A model generated the notes under the pieces. The model was not told where the DNA came from. It ran no database searches and worked only from the letters and a program-made list of their open reading frames with translations. The translations under genes and the position numbers were made by a program. A stretch of DNA of 64,000 nucleotides from Sphyrna mokarran (lineage: Eukaryota): NCBI GenBank assembly GCA_024679065.1, contig JAGIQG010000035.1, positions 18,786,001 to 18,850,000 of the forward strand, given 5' to 3'. Shown in pieces: positions 25,801 to 40,800 of this stretch (within the stretch, counting starts at the first letter, position 1; each line of letters begins with the position of its first letter).

Positions 25801-28800
25801 CTGTGTACTGGCCTTCATTCATCTAGGGATTGAGTTCAGGAGTCAGGAGGTAATGCTGCAGCTTTATAGGACCCTTGTCAGACCACACTTGGAGTACTGT
25901 GCGCAGTTCTGGTCGCCTCACTATAGGAAGGACATGGAAGCTATTGAAAGGGTGCAGAGGAGATTTACAAGGATGTTGCCTGGATTGGGAGGCATGCCTT
26001 ATGAAGACAGGTTGAGGGAGCTGGGACTGTTCTCCCTGGAGAGACGAAGGTTGAGAGGCGACCTGATAGAGGTTTACAAGATGTTGAGAGGATTAGATAG
26101 GGTGGACTCTCAGAGACTATTTCCCAGGGCTGAAATGGTCGCGACGAGAGGGCACAGATTTAAGGTGCAGGGAAGCAAGTACAGAGGGGATGCTAGGGGA
26201 AAGTTTTTCACTCAGAGGGTGGTGAGTGAATGGAATCGGCTGCCGTCGGTGATGGTTGAGGCGAACTCGCTGGGGTCTTTTAAAAGACTTCTGGATGAGT
26301 ATATGGGATCCAATGGGATTGGGGGTTATAGATAGGTCTATGGCTGGGTAGGTTTTGATGTGTTCGGCACAACTTGTGGGCCGAAGCGCCTGTTTGTGCT
26401 GTAGTGTTCTATGTTCTATAAAAACGAACAGATGGAAGGGAGTGTCACTCTGAACCACTTGTACTAATGTCCCAGAGAGCAGTCACAGAGTAACATTGTT
26501 AGAAACAGGGAGCAGTTTATACATTTTCCTCTTCATCAGCAAGGATGGAGTGGAAAAGGAATCTTCAACATAATGTCCGGAATTTTACCACCCCATCTAT
26601 GATGGGAATTGAACCAGGCCAGGGGTGGAGCATGGGAAGGTCCGTAAACAGGGTCCGTAAACAGGGCAGGGTTTTATGGTTTCAGGATGAATGAGGCTGT
26701 AAAACCTCACCAATATATAAATAAGAGAAGTTCCAAATCCAATGTGACACTCAGGATTGAGTTAAGGAACTGAAATGCTTTTTCAATTCTCAAAAGCTGA
26801 AGAACTCATTTAGATTCTATACATTATCTGTATTTCACTCTCCGTAGATGGTGCCAAACCTGCTGAGGTTTTCCACCAATTTCTACTTTTGTCTCAAAAG
26901 ATTAATTATTTATCCTTTGAATTCTGAACAATATTACAAACGGACCTGTGACTCTGATGTCCACTTCCTTCACATCAGTTCCATATGGATTGGTAGCTGT
27001 ACATTTATAAATTCCTTGATGTCCTGATGTTGCGTGGGAAATACGGAGGATTCCATGATGAGCAATCTCAATGTTGTTGCCATTACTGGGATCTTCCCAT
27101 TTTATTGTAGGTGTGGGATTCCCATTGGAATTGCAGATCATTGTCACCTCATCACCTTTACTGACATTTACTGGAAATCCTGACACAGTTTTGCTATTTA
27201 CTGAAATGGTTGTGTTTCCTGGTTTATCTGGAAAGAAAATAAACAGTTTAAAATATCCCGTTACACCTGCAGAGTCAATGATGCAGTTTTAGACTGGCTG
27301 AGTATCCAAACTTAAGCACATATTCATCTTCTAAGAACCATTTCAAAGCAGCTAAATGTTGCAGTTGCAGCTTTTAGTACTGTCACTGCCTGGAAATGAC
27401 TCTTTGGCTTCAGTTATTCTATATAGTCAAACAGTGTTATTGTGTAAAATCTAAGTGCTCAGAAGTAGAAGTCTCTTCACTAAAATTTCTTAAAGTACAA
27501 GATCCAATAACACTATACAGGGTGATCCCACAGTGCAGTCTGCATCCAGAGTGCCAGAGGAACTGACACTCTTATTTACAGAGCATGGGGCTTCCTGATT
27601 GGATCACCAATTTGGCCCTTAATCAGAAAGTTCATGTTCAACCAGGTCAGCTGCAACTGCCTGGTTGAAATCGTTACAGAAAATATAAAAATCATCATTG
27701 CAGCCACTGGGCCAAATCTTCCACTCCTTCCTACCGGCTGAACCTTCTGGCTCCCGTCGGCAGGACAGAAGATCCCACCGCTAGCCAATGACAAGCCACC
27801 TCTGCCACTGGAAAACAGGCCATGGGGATTCACTGAAAATCTGATTGCTTAAAAACTTCACAATGCTCAGAATATAGGAAGATTCAAATGTTACATTTCC
27901 TGCAATATGTTATTCACATTAAATGACTGCACTTACAATGAATGAATGTTTTCTTCTATATTATTTGGTGATGTGCACTTGTATAGACCACTCTGCTGCA
28001 TTGATACTAATGGGGTGTGGAGTTTCTCTCTGCTGACTGTCTTTCCATCTTTGGTCCAGAATATCTGTGGAACTGCAGGCAGAAATCTCCCATCTGGACT
28101 AAATCTCATGGCAGCGACGGATGTGTTTCCCATTGTGGGGAATCATGGGAGACCATACCATGCCTTTGATCCCCCAATCTTGTTTGTTATGAACCTAGGG
28201 CTTTAGCGCCATGTGGTGTGGTGGGGCAGGCTTGTTTACATGCATCCCAGCTTCACATCTGGGTGCCCTTTTGAAAAGGTAGTCAACATCACTGACCCAC
28301 ATTGAAGAAAGAAGGTGGATCTCCATGATTACACTGAGGTTGGACAATGGAATTTCTCAATGACACTGAAGGTGGATGATCCATCTAATAGATGCTCTCC
28401 CCACTCAATGCTGTGTTGCTCCAGGGTTCAGGATCATTGACAGCCTTTGTGTTAATTCTGGAGGCATTCTTCAGGCAAGTTTCAACTTCTGTACGCCACA
28501 TTGTTCCAGACATGTTCTGGACTAGTGTTCTTTCCCACAGATGTCACAGACAATTAGGCATGGGGAAAAATTCTATTTGGGCCTTTGATTGCGTCCATTA
28601 TCTGGATAAAATCAGTTTCACACTGGCCATGAGTGAGTTTCAGAATCCATCATGGTGAACTCTAGTAAAAGATACTCTAGGGAATTCATGGCAGCATAAA
28701 ACTGATTTCTGGGCCTGGGAAAATCCCATCCTGGATCCCCACACTATTCTAAATGTGGCCTCAATGGTACCTTGCACAGTTGCAGAAACACCTCTGTATT

Positions 28801-31800
28801 TTTATACTCCAGTCCCCTTGAAAAGATAGCATTCATTTGCCTTCCTTATTACCTTCTGCACCTATAGGCTAGCTTTCTGGGTTTCATGAACAAGGACACA
28901 CCAAGGACCAGGACACTTTGTGCTATAGATTTTCTGTCATTTATTTAACTGATCAATATTTCTGTTAACTATTTATATTCTCCTTACGTCCTGCCCTCCC
29001 TCCTACCATTGTATCATAAAACCTTTGCAAGAAGGGGAATTAAGAACAAGAGATAAAAACAGTAAGGAGAATAAAGTGTTAGGCAGAAAAATCAAAGACC
29101 AGAGTCAGAAAACGACCGAGCAAAAAGTCATAGGAAGGGGAAAAGAAATATTAAAAGTGCCTACCTGCTTGAAGCATTCGAAACAAAATGGATGAATTGG
29201 TGCACAGATATATGTAAAAAGGTATGATATTGTTGACATGACAGAAACATGACTTCAAAGTGAGTAAAGATGGGAGAAAAACGTTGAGGGTATTCAGACA
29301 GACAGAAAGGAAAAGGTGGTGGAATTGCATCGTTGATCAAAGATGACATTGATCCGATATTGAGGAATCATATTAGATGATGTGGAATCTGTACAGATCA
29401 AGTTAAGAAGCAACAAGGGGCAAAAAACATTGGTGGGGATAATATACAGATCACCAAACTGTGGTGGGAATGTTGGGAAAAGCACTAGACAGGAAATCAG
29501 AGAAGCACATGTTAAAGGAACATCTGTGATTATGGGCGACTTTAATCTCCAGAGAGATTGGGAGAGTCAAATTAGTCACAGTACAATAGAGGAGGAATTT
29601 CTGGAGTGCGTATGGGATGGTTTTCTGGAGCAATATATTGAGGAACCAACAAAGGAACTGGCCATCTTGGACTGGATGTTGTGCAATGAGAAACAATTAG
29701 TCGGTAATCTAGTTGTGAGAGAACCCTTGGGGACGAGTGACCATAATATGGTAGAATTTTTTATCAAGGTGAATAATGATGTAGTTGATTCTAAGACTAA
29801 GTCCTGAATCTCAGTAAAGGGAACTATGATGGTATGAGGCATGTATTAGCCATGGTGGACTGGGAAACATCACTGAAAGAAAAGACAGTAGACAGGCAAT
29901 GGCAAGCATTCAAAGAACAAATAAATGAACTCCAGAAATTGTTTATTCCTGTTCGGCGCAAGAATGCTAAGTTAACTGTGGCCAAACCATGGCTTACAAG
30001 GGAAATTAGTCATAGTACTAGATTCAAAGGAGAAGCACACAAATTGCAAAAAAAAAAAATCAATAGACCTGAGCACTGGGAGCAGTTTAACATTCAGCAA
30101 AGACAGACCAAGGGTTTTAAGACGGGAAAAATAGAGTATAAAGTAAGTTAAAACCTGACTGTAAAAATTTGTAAAGAGGAAAAGATTGACAAAAACAAAT
30201 GTAGGCCGCATGTAGTCAGAAACAGGGAAATTCATAATGGGGAACAAAGAAATGGCTGAGGAACTAAATTTGTAGTTTGTTTCTGTTTTCATGAGGGAAG
30301 ACATGAACAATGTACTGGAAATTCTGAGAAACAAAAGTTTTAGTGAAGAGCTGAAAGTATTAATAGAGAAATGGTTTTAGGGAAGTTAATGGGTTTGAAG
30401 GTGGATAAATCTCCAGAGTCTGATAATATTCGTCTCAGAATACTTAAGAAAATGGCCTAAGTAATGGTCATTCTCCAAAATTCTTTGGACTCTGAAATGC
30501 TTCCTATAGATTGGAACAGATGTATCCTGCTAATCAAAAAGGGAGATAGAGGGAAAACAAGGAACTATACATTAGTGAGCCTACCCTCGGTAGTAGGGAA
30601 ATTGCTAGAGTCCATTATTAAGGTTTCCATAGCACAGCATTTGGAAAGCAGTAGTATCATCAGACAAAGTCAGCATGCATTTGTGAAAGGAAACTCATAC
30701 TTGACAAATCTACTAGAAATCTTTGAGGATTTAACTAGTAGAGTTGACCAGAGAGAACTGGTGGATTTGGTTTACTTAGCTTTTTAGAAAGCTTTCAACA
30801 TGGTCTCACATAGAAAATTACTATGTAAAATTAAAGCACATGGGATTATGGCTAGTGGCTTGAGATGGTTAACAGATAGGAAGCAAAGAGTTGCCATTGT
30901 TTGTTATTTATAACACTGAAAGATCTGTTATACAGATCTGTTAGTGCCAGCCAAACTGTGGAATTGTATTTCTGTTTTTGAAGTCAACCTTGTATAAGCC
31001 AGTAGCTCCATTACAGAACCACTGGGTGGCATTGTCTAATAAATTTCCAACAAAGTCTCTCACTGCAATTCAGAAAATGGCCATTTTAAACTTCTATTTC
31101 CCCAAAGACTGGATCCCAGCCAAACAAAATGGTAGGCCCTGTAAATATTGCATCTTTAATAGCAGCACAATGAAAAATGGGAACCAAGAGTGTACCAGGC
31201 ATAGATTCCATTCACTTCATATTTCCCCAACGCTATACTCCACAATAAAGTCAGGAATATACACTACCTCATGATCAGAACATTGATTACAGGAGTTGGG
31301 ATGTCTTGTTGAAGTTGTACAAGACATTGGTAAGGCCACACTTGGAATACTGTGTACAGTTCTGGTCACCCTATTATAGAAAGGATATTATTAAACTAGA
31401 AAGAATGCAGAAAAGATTTACTAGGATGCTACATGGATTGATGGTTTGGGTTATAAGGAGAGGCTGGGATAGAGTGGGACTTTTTTCTCTGGGGTGTACG
31501 AGGCTGAGGGGTGATCTAATAAAATAATGAAGGGCACAGATCAGCTAGATCTTTTCCCAAAGGTAGGGGAATCTAAAACTAGAGGGCACAGGTTTAAAGT
31601 GAGAGGGGAGAGATACAAAAGGGTCCAGAGCGGCAATTTTTTCATACAGAGAGTGGTGAGTGTCTAGGGGCAGACCATGCGAAGGTCTGTTGTCCTCAAA
31701 TAGGATTTTTTAGTTTTGGAGCAAACGCAGTTGGAAAGTCCCACCCACAGATTTTGACATTGAGGAAGTATTTGACTGAATATGGCATGAGTGAGCCATA

Positions 31801-34800
31801 GCAAAAACTCAAATCAGTAAGAATTCAGGGAAATCGCTCATCTGGAAGTCAAGGTAACAGATGATTTCCACTGAGGCTAGAGGAGACAAGTACCAGAGGC
31901 ATGGGTTAAGGGTGAAAGGAGAAAAATTTAAAGGGAATATTGGGGGGGGGGGGGGGGGGGGAATTCTTCACGCAGAGAGTGGTAGGAGTGTGGAATGGGT
32001 TGTCGGATAAAGCGTAAATGCAGGGTCACTTTTAATATTTAAGGAAAACTTATACAGGTTCATGGATGGGAGCGATGTGGAGGGATATGGTCCAAGTGCA
32101 GATCAGGGGGACTAGGCAAAAATTGGTTCGGCACAGACAAGAAAGGCCAAAAGGCCTGTTTTTGAGCTGTAATTTTCTATGGTTCTATTAGTCCTGGTTA
32201 CAGTTGCAGTGTTAATGTAAGCCTACATATGATTAATAAATAAACTTTAGCTTTAAGACATTCAGGAAGGAAAGGAAAAGAAAAACGAAGCCGTGATGAA
32301 AGAAACATAATAGCACTGGAGAGTGATAGTGCTGGAATTTTACATTTCCTGGGTGTGGGCAGGGAAATATAAAAAAAAATCAGGTCGGATGCATAGAACA
32401 TAGAATATTACAGCGCAGTACGGGCCCTTCAGTCCATAATGTGCCGACCAGTGGAACCAACTTAATGACCCTCTAACCTAAACTATTCCAATATTATCTA
32501 TATGTCTATCCAAAGACCATTTGAACACCCTTAAAGTTGGCAAGTCCACAACTGCTGTAGACAGGGCATTCCACGCCCTTACTACTCCCTGAGTAAAGAG
32601 CCCACCTCTAACATCTGTCCTATATTTATCACCCCTCAATTTAAAGCTATGTTCCCTCATGTTAGTCATCACCATCAGAGGAAAAAGGCTCTCACCGTCC
32701 ACCATTTGCCACTTATCTAACCCTCTGATCATCTTGTACGCCTCAATTAAGTCACCTCTTAACCTTCTTCTCTCCAATGAAAACAATCTCAAGTCCCTCA
32801 GCCTTTCCTCATAAGACCTTTCCACCATACCAGGCAACATCCTGGTAAATCTCCTCTGCATCCTTTCCAATGCTTTCTTGTAATGCAGCGACCAGAACTG
32901 TACGTAATACTCCAAGTGCAGCTGCACCAGAGTTTTGTACAGCTACAACATGATTTCACGGCTCCAAAACTCAATCCCTCTACCAATAAAAGCTAACACA
33001 CCGTACGCCTTTTAACAACCTTATCAACCTGGGTGCCAACTTTCAGGGATCTATGCACATGTACAATGAGATCTCTCTGCTCATCCACATTACTAAGAGT
33101 CTTTCCATTAGCCCAATACTCTGTAATTCTTTTACTCCTTCCAAAGTGAATCATCTCATACTTTTCCGCATTAAACTCCATTTGCCACCTCTCAGCCGAG
33201 CTCTGCAGCTTATCTACGTCCCTCTGCAAACCGTAACATCCATCCTCACTGTCTACAACTCCTCCGACTTTAGTGTCATCGAGGGATTGAGTTTAGGAGT
33301 CAGGAGGTAATGCTGCAACTTTATAAGACTCTTGTCAGACCCCACTTGGAGTATTGTGTGCAGTTCTGGTCGCCTCACTACAGGAAGGATGTGGAAGCTA
33401 TTGAGAGGATGCAGAGGAGATTTACAAGGATGTTGCTTGGATTGGGAGGCATGCCTTACGAGGATAGGTTGAGGGAGCTAGGTCTCTTGTCCCTGGAGAG
33501 ACAAAAGGTTGAGAGGCAACCTGATAGAGGTTTATAAAATGTTAACAGGTATAGATAGGGTGGATTCTCAGAGGCTATTTCCCAGGGCTCAAATGGTCAC
33601 TATGGGAGGACACAGGTGTAAGGTGCTGGGCAGCAAATACAGTGGAGATGTTAGGGGTAAGATTTTCACTCAGAGGGTGGTGAGTGAATGGAATTGGTTG
33701 CTGTTGGTGGTGGTAGAGGCGAACTCGCTAGGGTCTCTTAAAAGATGTCTGGATGAGTACATGGGATTTAGTGGGATTAGGAGTTACAGATAGTTCTCTG
33801 GCCTAATAGGTATGGATATGATCGGCGCAATGTTTGTGGGCCAAAGGGCCTGTTTGTGCTATCGTGTTCTATATTGTACATTCTATGTCATCTGCAAATT
33901 TACTAATCCATTCTTCTACACCCTCATCTAGGTCATTCATAAAAGTGACAAACACCAATGGCTCCTAAACACATCCCTGAGGTACACCACTAATAACTGA
34001 ACTCTAGGTTGAATATTTTCCATCAACCACCACCTTCTGTCTTCTACCAGCTAGCCTATTCCTGATCCAAACTGCTAAATCACCCTCAATCCCATGCATC
34101 TATATTTTCTGCAGCAGCTTACCATGGGGAACCTTATCAAATGCTTTGTAAAAATTCATATGCACTGTGACAAGTGCTTTACCCTTATCCACCTCTTTGG
34201 TCACCTTCTCAAAGAATTCAGTAAGGTTTGTGAGGCACGACCTACTCTTCACAAAACTGTGCTGACTAGCCCTAATCAAGTTATTTCTCTTTAGATGATT
34301 ATAAATCCTATCTCTTATAATCTTTTCCAAAACTTTGCCCACAACAGAAGTAAGGCTCACCAGTCTATAATTTCCAGGCTGGGCGTTCACACCGTGCCCA
34401 GCACATACCTGCCTCTATTAGTATTTTAGCAGTGGCAGGGTAGGTGTTGGGTGGTATACCCACTCACCTTTGAGCAAATGTCCAAGTAAGAGCGTCTTCC
34501 AGGCCCAGCCGGTGATAGTGAGGAGGCCACATGATTGTGGGATTGTAAGTTACAGCAGCAGAGTTCCGCTTGCTGCTACTCCCCTGTGTCCAAAGGAAAA
34601 TACCCACCCAATGGAAAAACAGCCACATCTTGATTACACCTTCACCTGACCTCTCCTGACCTTCACCTGACCACCATTCCTGTTCCACATCAAGGCTTTC
34701 CTGACTGGCCCTGCCAATCTGCACCATCTAGCTGCCTCACTCAGCCCTGTGGCCACAACTCCCAGTATAAGAGCCGATGTCCTCTGATTGGCTGAAGCTG

Positions 34801-37800
34801 TTGAAGGCATGACATCAGCCACAACCAAAAGCAAATAATTTCCTGACCAACACCAAATGACTTCATGGCCTCCAAGGCCAGAGTAACAGCTTTAGACTGA
34901 CTTTCCATCCAATGGTGAGGCCAATACTCCCATACTAAATCATGTCTCAAGCTGGTTGAAGATCAACAGAATTTGTTTGTTCAGAATTAAGGATCAATTG
35001 AAGAGATATTATGCTCCTGATTGGATAATATAGGCCTCCAAATAGTGGCAAGGAAATAGAGGGCCAAATTTTCAGACAAATTACAAGATGCAAGAACTAC
35101 ACAATAATGGTAATGGAAGACATCAATTTTACTAATTTTGATTCGGATTGTAGCAAAGTAAACAGTGCAAAGGATAAGGCACTAATCAAGTTTCCTGATT
35201 AGTGCCTCTCCATCTTAACAAGGAAGGTAGCAATACTATATCTAGCTCTGAGGAACAGGGATCAGTAGCAAATGTTTTTTCTACAAGGTAGCATGTAGGG
35301 AACAGAATCAGAATCAGAATAGTCAGTCATGATAATGGGTATTTGTTAACAAGGCTGAGAATAGTAAAGTGAAGACTTTGTTGGTTTAGAATCATTAAGG
35401 GTCAGTGAGCATTAGGGCACAAGATGAGTGGGATTTATTGCTGCACATTAAGATGCAGATAGTAGAGTTTTGAATAACTTTTAAGTTTTCAGAGGGTAGA
35501 ATGTGGGACACCAGTTGGTAGTGCAATAGCATAATTAAGTCAGGATAGAAAAGAAATGAATGGTGAACAATGGTGTTGCCCAGGGCTCAATATTAGGATT
35601 GCTACTTTTTCCTATATAGTGTACATTAATAACCTCAACCTGGGCAAACAAGGCACAACTTTTGCAGATGACACAAAACTTGGAAAAAATAGTAAAGAAT
35701 GAGAACATTAACAGGCCTTCCTTTGTAGGACAGAGACTAGTGAGATGGGCAGATCCATGGTAGATAAAATGTAATGCAGAGAAGTGTAAAGTGATAGCTT
35801 TCCATGTTCTTCTTACTGAAGTGTAATATGAATTAGATGGCACAAGTTAAAAGGGATGAAGAAATGGTGAGCTGTGGGTGTTTATACAGAAATCTTTGAC
35901 AACAATTGGATCAGCTCTGAAGATTATTAGAAAATGTTATGGAATCCTTGGCTTTATTAATAGAGGCATAGAGAACAAAAGCAAGATAGATATGTTAAAT
36001 GTATATAACCTTATAAATCACTAACCAGGCCTCAACTGGAGGACTATTTTCAATTCTGGAGACAACACTTTTACAATGCCTTGGAAAGGATGCAAGAGAG
36101 TTGTAGAATGGTATAAGAGATGAGGGATATGTGGAAAGCCTAGAAAAGCTGGGATTGTACCTCTTAGCATAGTGAAAACCAAGAGGAGATCTGATCAAAA
36201 TGATGAACCAATTTAGAAGACAAAGAAGGAGAAGCAGTTTTCAGTAGCAGAGCATTGACCAAGGACCCAGATTTAAAATGGTAAGAAAGACAACCAGAAG
36301 TGAGATATGGAAACTATTTTCTCAAACAATTTGTTGTGATCTGGAATGCATCACCTATAATGACAGTAGTTGCAGATTCAATAGTGACTTTCAAAAGTGA
36401 GTTAGGTAATTACTTGAGCTACATACACACATGCAAATCAGGAGCAGAAGTCAGCCATTCAGCCTCACCATACAATAACATCGTGACTGATTTCTTTGTG
36501 GCATCACCTCCACATTCTGAAAACACCCAATCTTCAGTACAATCTTTTTCCACAAGGTTTGGGTAATTAGATCTGTCCTTCAACAGTGCTCAAACTAAAA
36601 GTCAGCCATTCGTTCTTCACAGTGACCAAGCAGGAATGGATGGCTTGGCCCTTTGAGCTGCTTCCTCCTTTCAATGATTTTGCAGCTGATCTGATTGTAG
36701 CCTTAACTCAACATTGCCATCTTTTATCCCCTTGTTTATCAAGAATCTATCCAGCTCTGCCTTAAAAATATTGAAAGATTCTGCTTCCATTGCCTTTTGA
36801 GGAAGAGACTTCCAAAGTCTTAGAACCCTCAGAGAAATGAATTCTCCTCACTTCTATCCTAAATTGGTCTTTTAAACAGTGTTCTCAGTTCTAGATTGTC
36901 TCTCAAGAAGAAACAACCTTTCCACATTCATGACATCAAGATCCTTACATATTTTAACCAAGTTGCCTCTTAATCTTCCAACTCCAGTAGATACAAGCAT
37001 AGCCTGTCCAAACTTCCCTCATAAGACAATCTCCCATTCTAGCCATTGGTCTGGTAAACTTTCTCTCAACTTCCAAGAGATCAATTAAATTTGTTTAGGT
37101 CTGGAAAAAAATCATGAGACTTTCATTGGTCTCTATTTAGAAAATGATGTTACTTACACAAGACACGGAGGGTAGCAACCTGTTTCTTAATAATAGGGCT
37201 TGTCATTGGCTGAACTTGAAGTTTCATTTCAGCCTCACAAATGTACTGCTGTTTATCCAGCTGTGCTTGTACATCCAGAGTATGATAGATAGTGAGCCCA
37301 GTATTGCTCAATTCATTCACTAACACCTCATTTCCATTCTTCAATCTGAGTTGAAGCTGTTCTGAGACATTAAACACACTGCACGTAATATTAACCCGGT
37401 TTCCTTCAAGGATGACTGGTACTTGGATTTCAGGTTCAGAGAAAACTGTAAAAATAATAGAAATACGTGATTAGAAATATTCCCAAGTTTATCCCCTCAT
37501 CGTGATGATAATATTGAGACAAAGGAGCGTATGCTTTTGCTTACTGCTCACTATCCAACTCACTGATGTATCGGATAGATGTCTCAGGCCTCATGGCATC
37601 TTTCACAGGGACATAGGAAATAGGAGCAGGAGTGACCATATGGTCCCTTGAGTTTTCTCTGCTATTCAGATAAATCAAGGTTAACCTTCTACCTCATCTT
37701 GATTTTCCCCACTTTTCCCACATCTCTTTGTATCTTTAATATCTAGAAACGTATGGACCTCTATCTTGAACTTATTAATGACTAAAATTCCACGATCCCC

Positions 37801-40800
37801 AAGATGGAAATATAGAAACTAGGAGCAGGAGGAGGCCATTTGGCCCTTCAAGCCTGCCCTGCTATTCAGATCATGGCTGATTCTTATTATGATTCAATAT
37901 TCTCATTTTCTTCCCTTAATCCTTGATGCCATTAAAATCTAAAAGAGATCTATCTCTTTCTTGAATACATTCAGTGACTTTGCCTCTACAGCTTTTTGGG
38001 GTAGCGAATTCCATAGGTTCATCAACCTCTGAGTAAACAAATGTTTCCTCATCTCAGTCTTAAATGGTTCAGCATTTTATCATGAATCTGCGTCCCCTGG
38101 TTCTAGATTCCTCCTCCAGGGAAAACATCCTCCTTTCATCCAGTCTGTCCAATCCAGTTAGAATTTTACTTTTTAATCTCCTCTCATCTTTCTAAATTCT
38201 AGTGAATGCAGGCCCAGACAAACTAATCTGCCCTCATAGGACAGTTCCACCAACCCCAATATCAGCCTAGGGACCCTCCTCTGCACTCCCTCAATGGCAA
38301 GTAAAACTACATGCAGTATTCCAGGTGTGGTCTCACAAAGCTCTGCATAACCACAGTAAGACATCCCTTATTTCTGAACTCAAATCCTCTTACAATGAAG
38401 AACAACATAACATTTGTCTTTTTAATTGTTTGCTGAACTTTCCTCTCCACTTTCATTAACTGGTGTACAAGGACACCCAGATCCCTTTGTCCATCCACAC
38501 TTCCCAATATATCACCACTTAAATCATACTCTTCATTTCTGTTTTTCATATTGAAGTGTATAACTTCACATTTAGCCACATTGTATTGTATCTGTCATGT
38601 ATTTGTCTATTCAAACAATTTGCCTAAATCACCTTGAAACTTCCTTGCATCCTCCTCACATCTATAATTTTGTGTTGACAGAGAATTTGGAAATTTTATA
38701 TTTGGTTCCCTCATCCAGATCATTTTTATATCTTGTGAACAGTTCCGAATCAAACAGTAATCGCTGTGGTACCCATTAGTTACTGCCTGCCACTGGAAAA
38801 AGACCTATTTTTTCCCACTCTCTGTTTCCTGTCTGTCAACCAGTTCTCGATCTATGTCAATATCTTATCTCTTTTCTCATGTACTTTAATTTGGCTTACT
38901 GATCTCATATGCGAGACTTCATCAGAAGCCTTCTTAAAGTCTAGATATATCACATCTACTGGCTCTCCCTTATTTATTCTACTAATTACATTCTCAAAAA
39001 ACATCAAGATACGATTTTCCTGTGCTTGATTAGCACATCAGGCCAGGAAATACCAGCAGGAGTGGTTACAGGAATAGGGTGGGGGTGGGCCAGAGTAAGA
39101 TATTCTGTTGGAGAGTTGGTGCAGGCTTGATGGATTGAATGACGTCCTTTTGCACTGAAGGCATTCTATGATTCTATGATCAGTGTGAGGCGATGCACTT
39201 GGGCAGGACAAACAATGCAATGAAATACATTATAAATGGAAGGACCTTAGAAAACACGGAAGACCAGAGGGATCTTGGTGTTCATGTACACCAGTCCCTT
39301 CAGGTAGGACAGGTGAATAAAGTGGTGAAGAAGGCATATGGTATTCTTAACTTTATTAGCAGAGGCATAGAGTTTAAGATCAGGGGAGTTAGGCTGGGAC
39401 TAAGTAAAATGTTGTTAGACCAGAGCTAGAATATTGTGTGCAATTCTGGAATCCACAGTATAGGAGGAATGTGATAGCACTGGAGAGGGTCTAAGGATTT
39501 ACGATAGTATTGCCTGGGCTGGAGTTATGAAAAAAGATTGGATAGACTGGGGTTGCTTTCATTGGAGCAGAGAAGACTGAGGGGGAAACATGATTGAAAG
39601 GTGTAGAATTATGAGGGGCTTGGATAGAGTAGACAGGCAGAAACGTTTTACCCTGGTGGAGGGATTAATGATCAGGGGCCATAGATTTAAGTTAAGGGGC
39701 AGGAGGTTTAAAGCGATGTGAAGAAAATCTTTTTTCACCCCAAAGGGTGGTGGGAGTCTGGAACTCACTGTCTGAAGGGATAGTGGAGGCAGAGACCCTC
39801 ACAACATTGAAAAAGTATTTAGATGCCAAGGTGCACAAGGCTATGGACTATATGCTGGAAAATGGACTGGAATAATTGGGTGGTTTGCTTTTGACTGGCA
39901 TGGATGCAATGGTCCAAAGGGCCTTTTTTAATGCTTTAGACTTTAGAACTATCTGAAAAGTGAATATTTTTAGTGGAATTAATTAAAGTATCATTCTATC
40001 CTTATCAAATATATAATCTTCATCATTAACATAACGCTTTTCTCTTGTTAAGTACTGATGTCTTTGTTAAGATGAAACAAATCACTGTGTTTACAATCCA
40101 AATTACACAGTCACTGTTTTCTTATGATCCTCAAGTGTCAGCAACATTTCCTGCAAACCAGGCAATAGCAAGTCTCACAAATATTCTCTGAAGCAGCTTC
40201 CCTTTGATTACATAGGATATATAGCCCAGCAACAGGCCCTCCCACCCAATTAGCCAGCTCTTACGTCCCACTCTGGCTCATTATTGGAATGTGTAAATGT
40301 GTCAATAAACTTCCAAACTCAATAGGAGGGATTTTATTGTTTGAAATGATGTAAATCAGACATGCTGCAATATTAACTACAATGAATTATCTGAATGTTA
40401 TCTGCTTGTAATGATGCCAAAAACAGGATTCTTACCATACACCATAATAGAAATGGTATTATTCTTTGGTGGAACTGATGGATACTTCTCAAAATCAGCC
40501 GTACAGACAACTTGCATTCGACCCGACTCCTGTGGTGTCCATGCTGCAGTTTCCCGGACAGTATTGGAATTTGGCCTTGTTGTTGTTGAATTCAGTTCTT
40601 CACCATCCTGAAACCATCTTACCCTCATTTTCTCAGCAGGATAGACATTCGAGACTTCACATGTTAACGTGGCTTCTCGCTTCACTTCTATGGATCTTTT
40701 GTCGAGGATTCTAGGTGAATCCATAAAAGCTGCAACACGGAGAAGAAATTCACTTCATTTGGATTTGCTGTGATGTGTTTGCATTCCTAATGGACAGAGC

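Noticed and set aside
32190-32400. Possible missing 5' half of the pseudo-exon (pyrimidine tract followed by TPRK...LTLTL)
   Set aside because: There is no AG acceptor and no convincing Ig B-strand cysteine motif.
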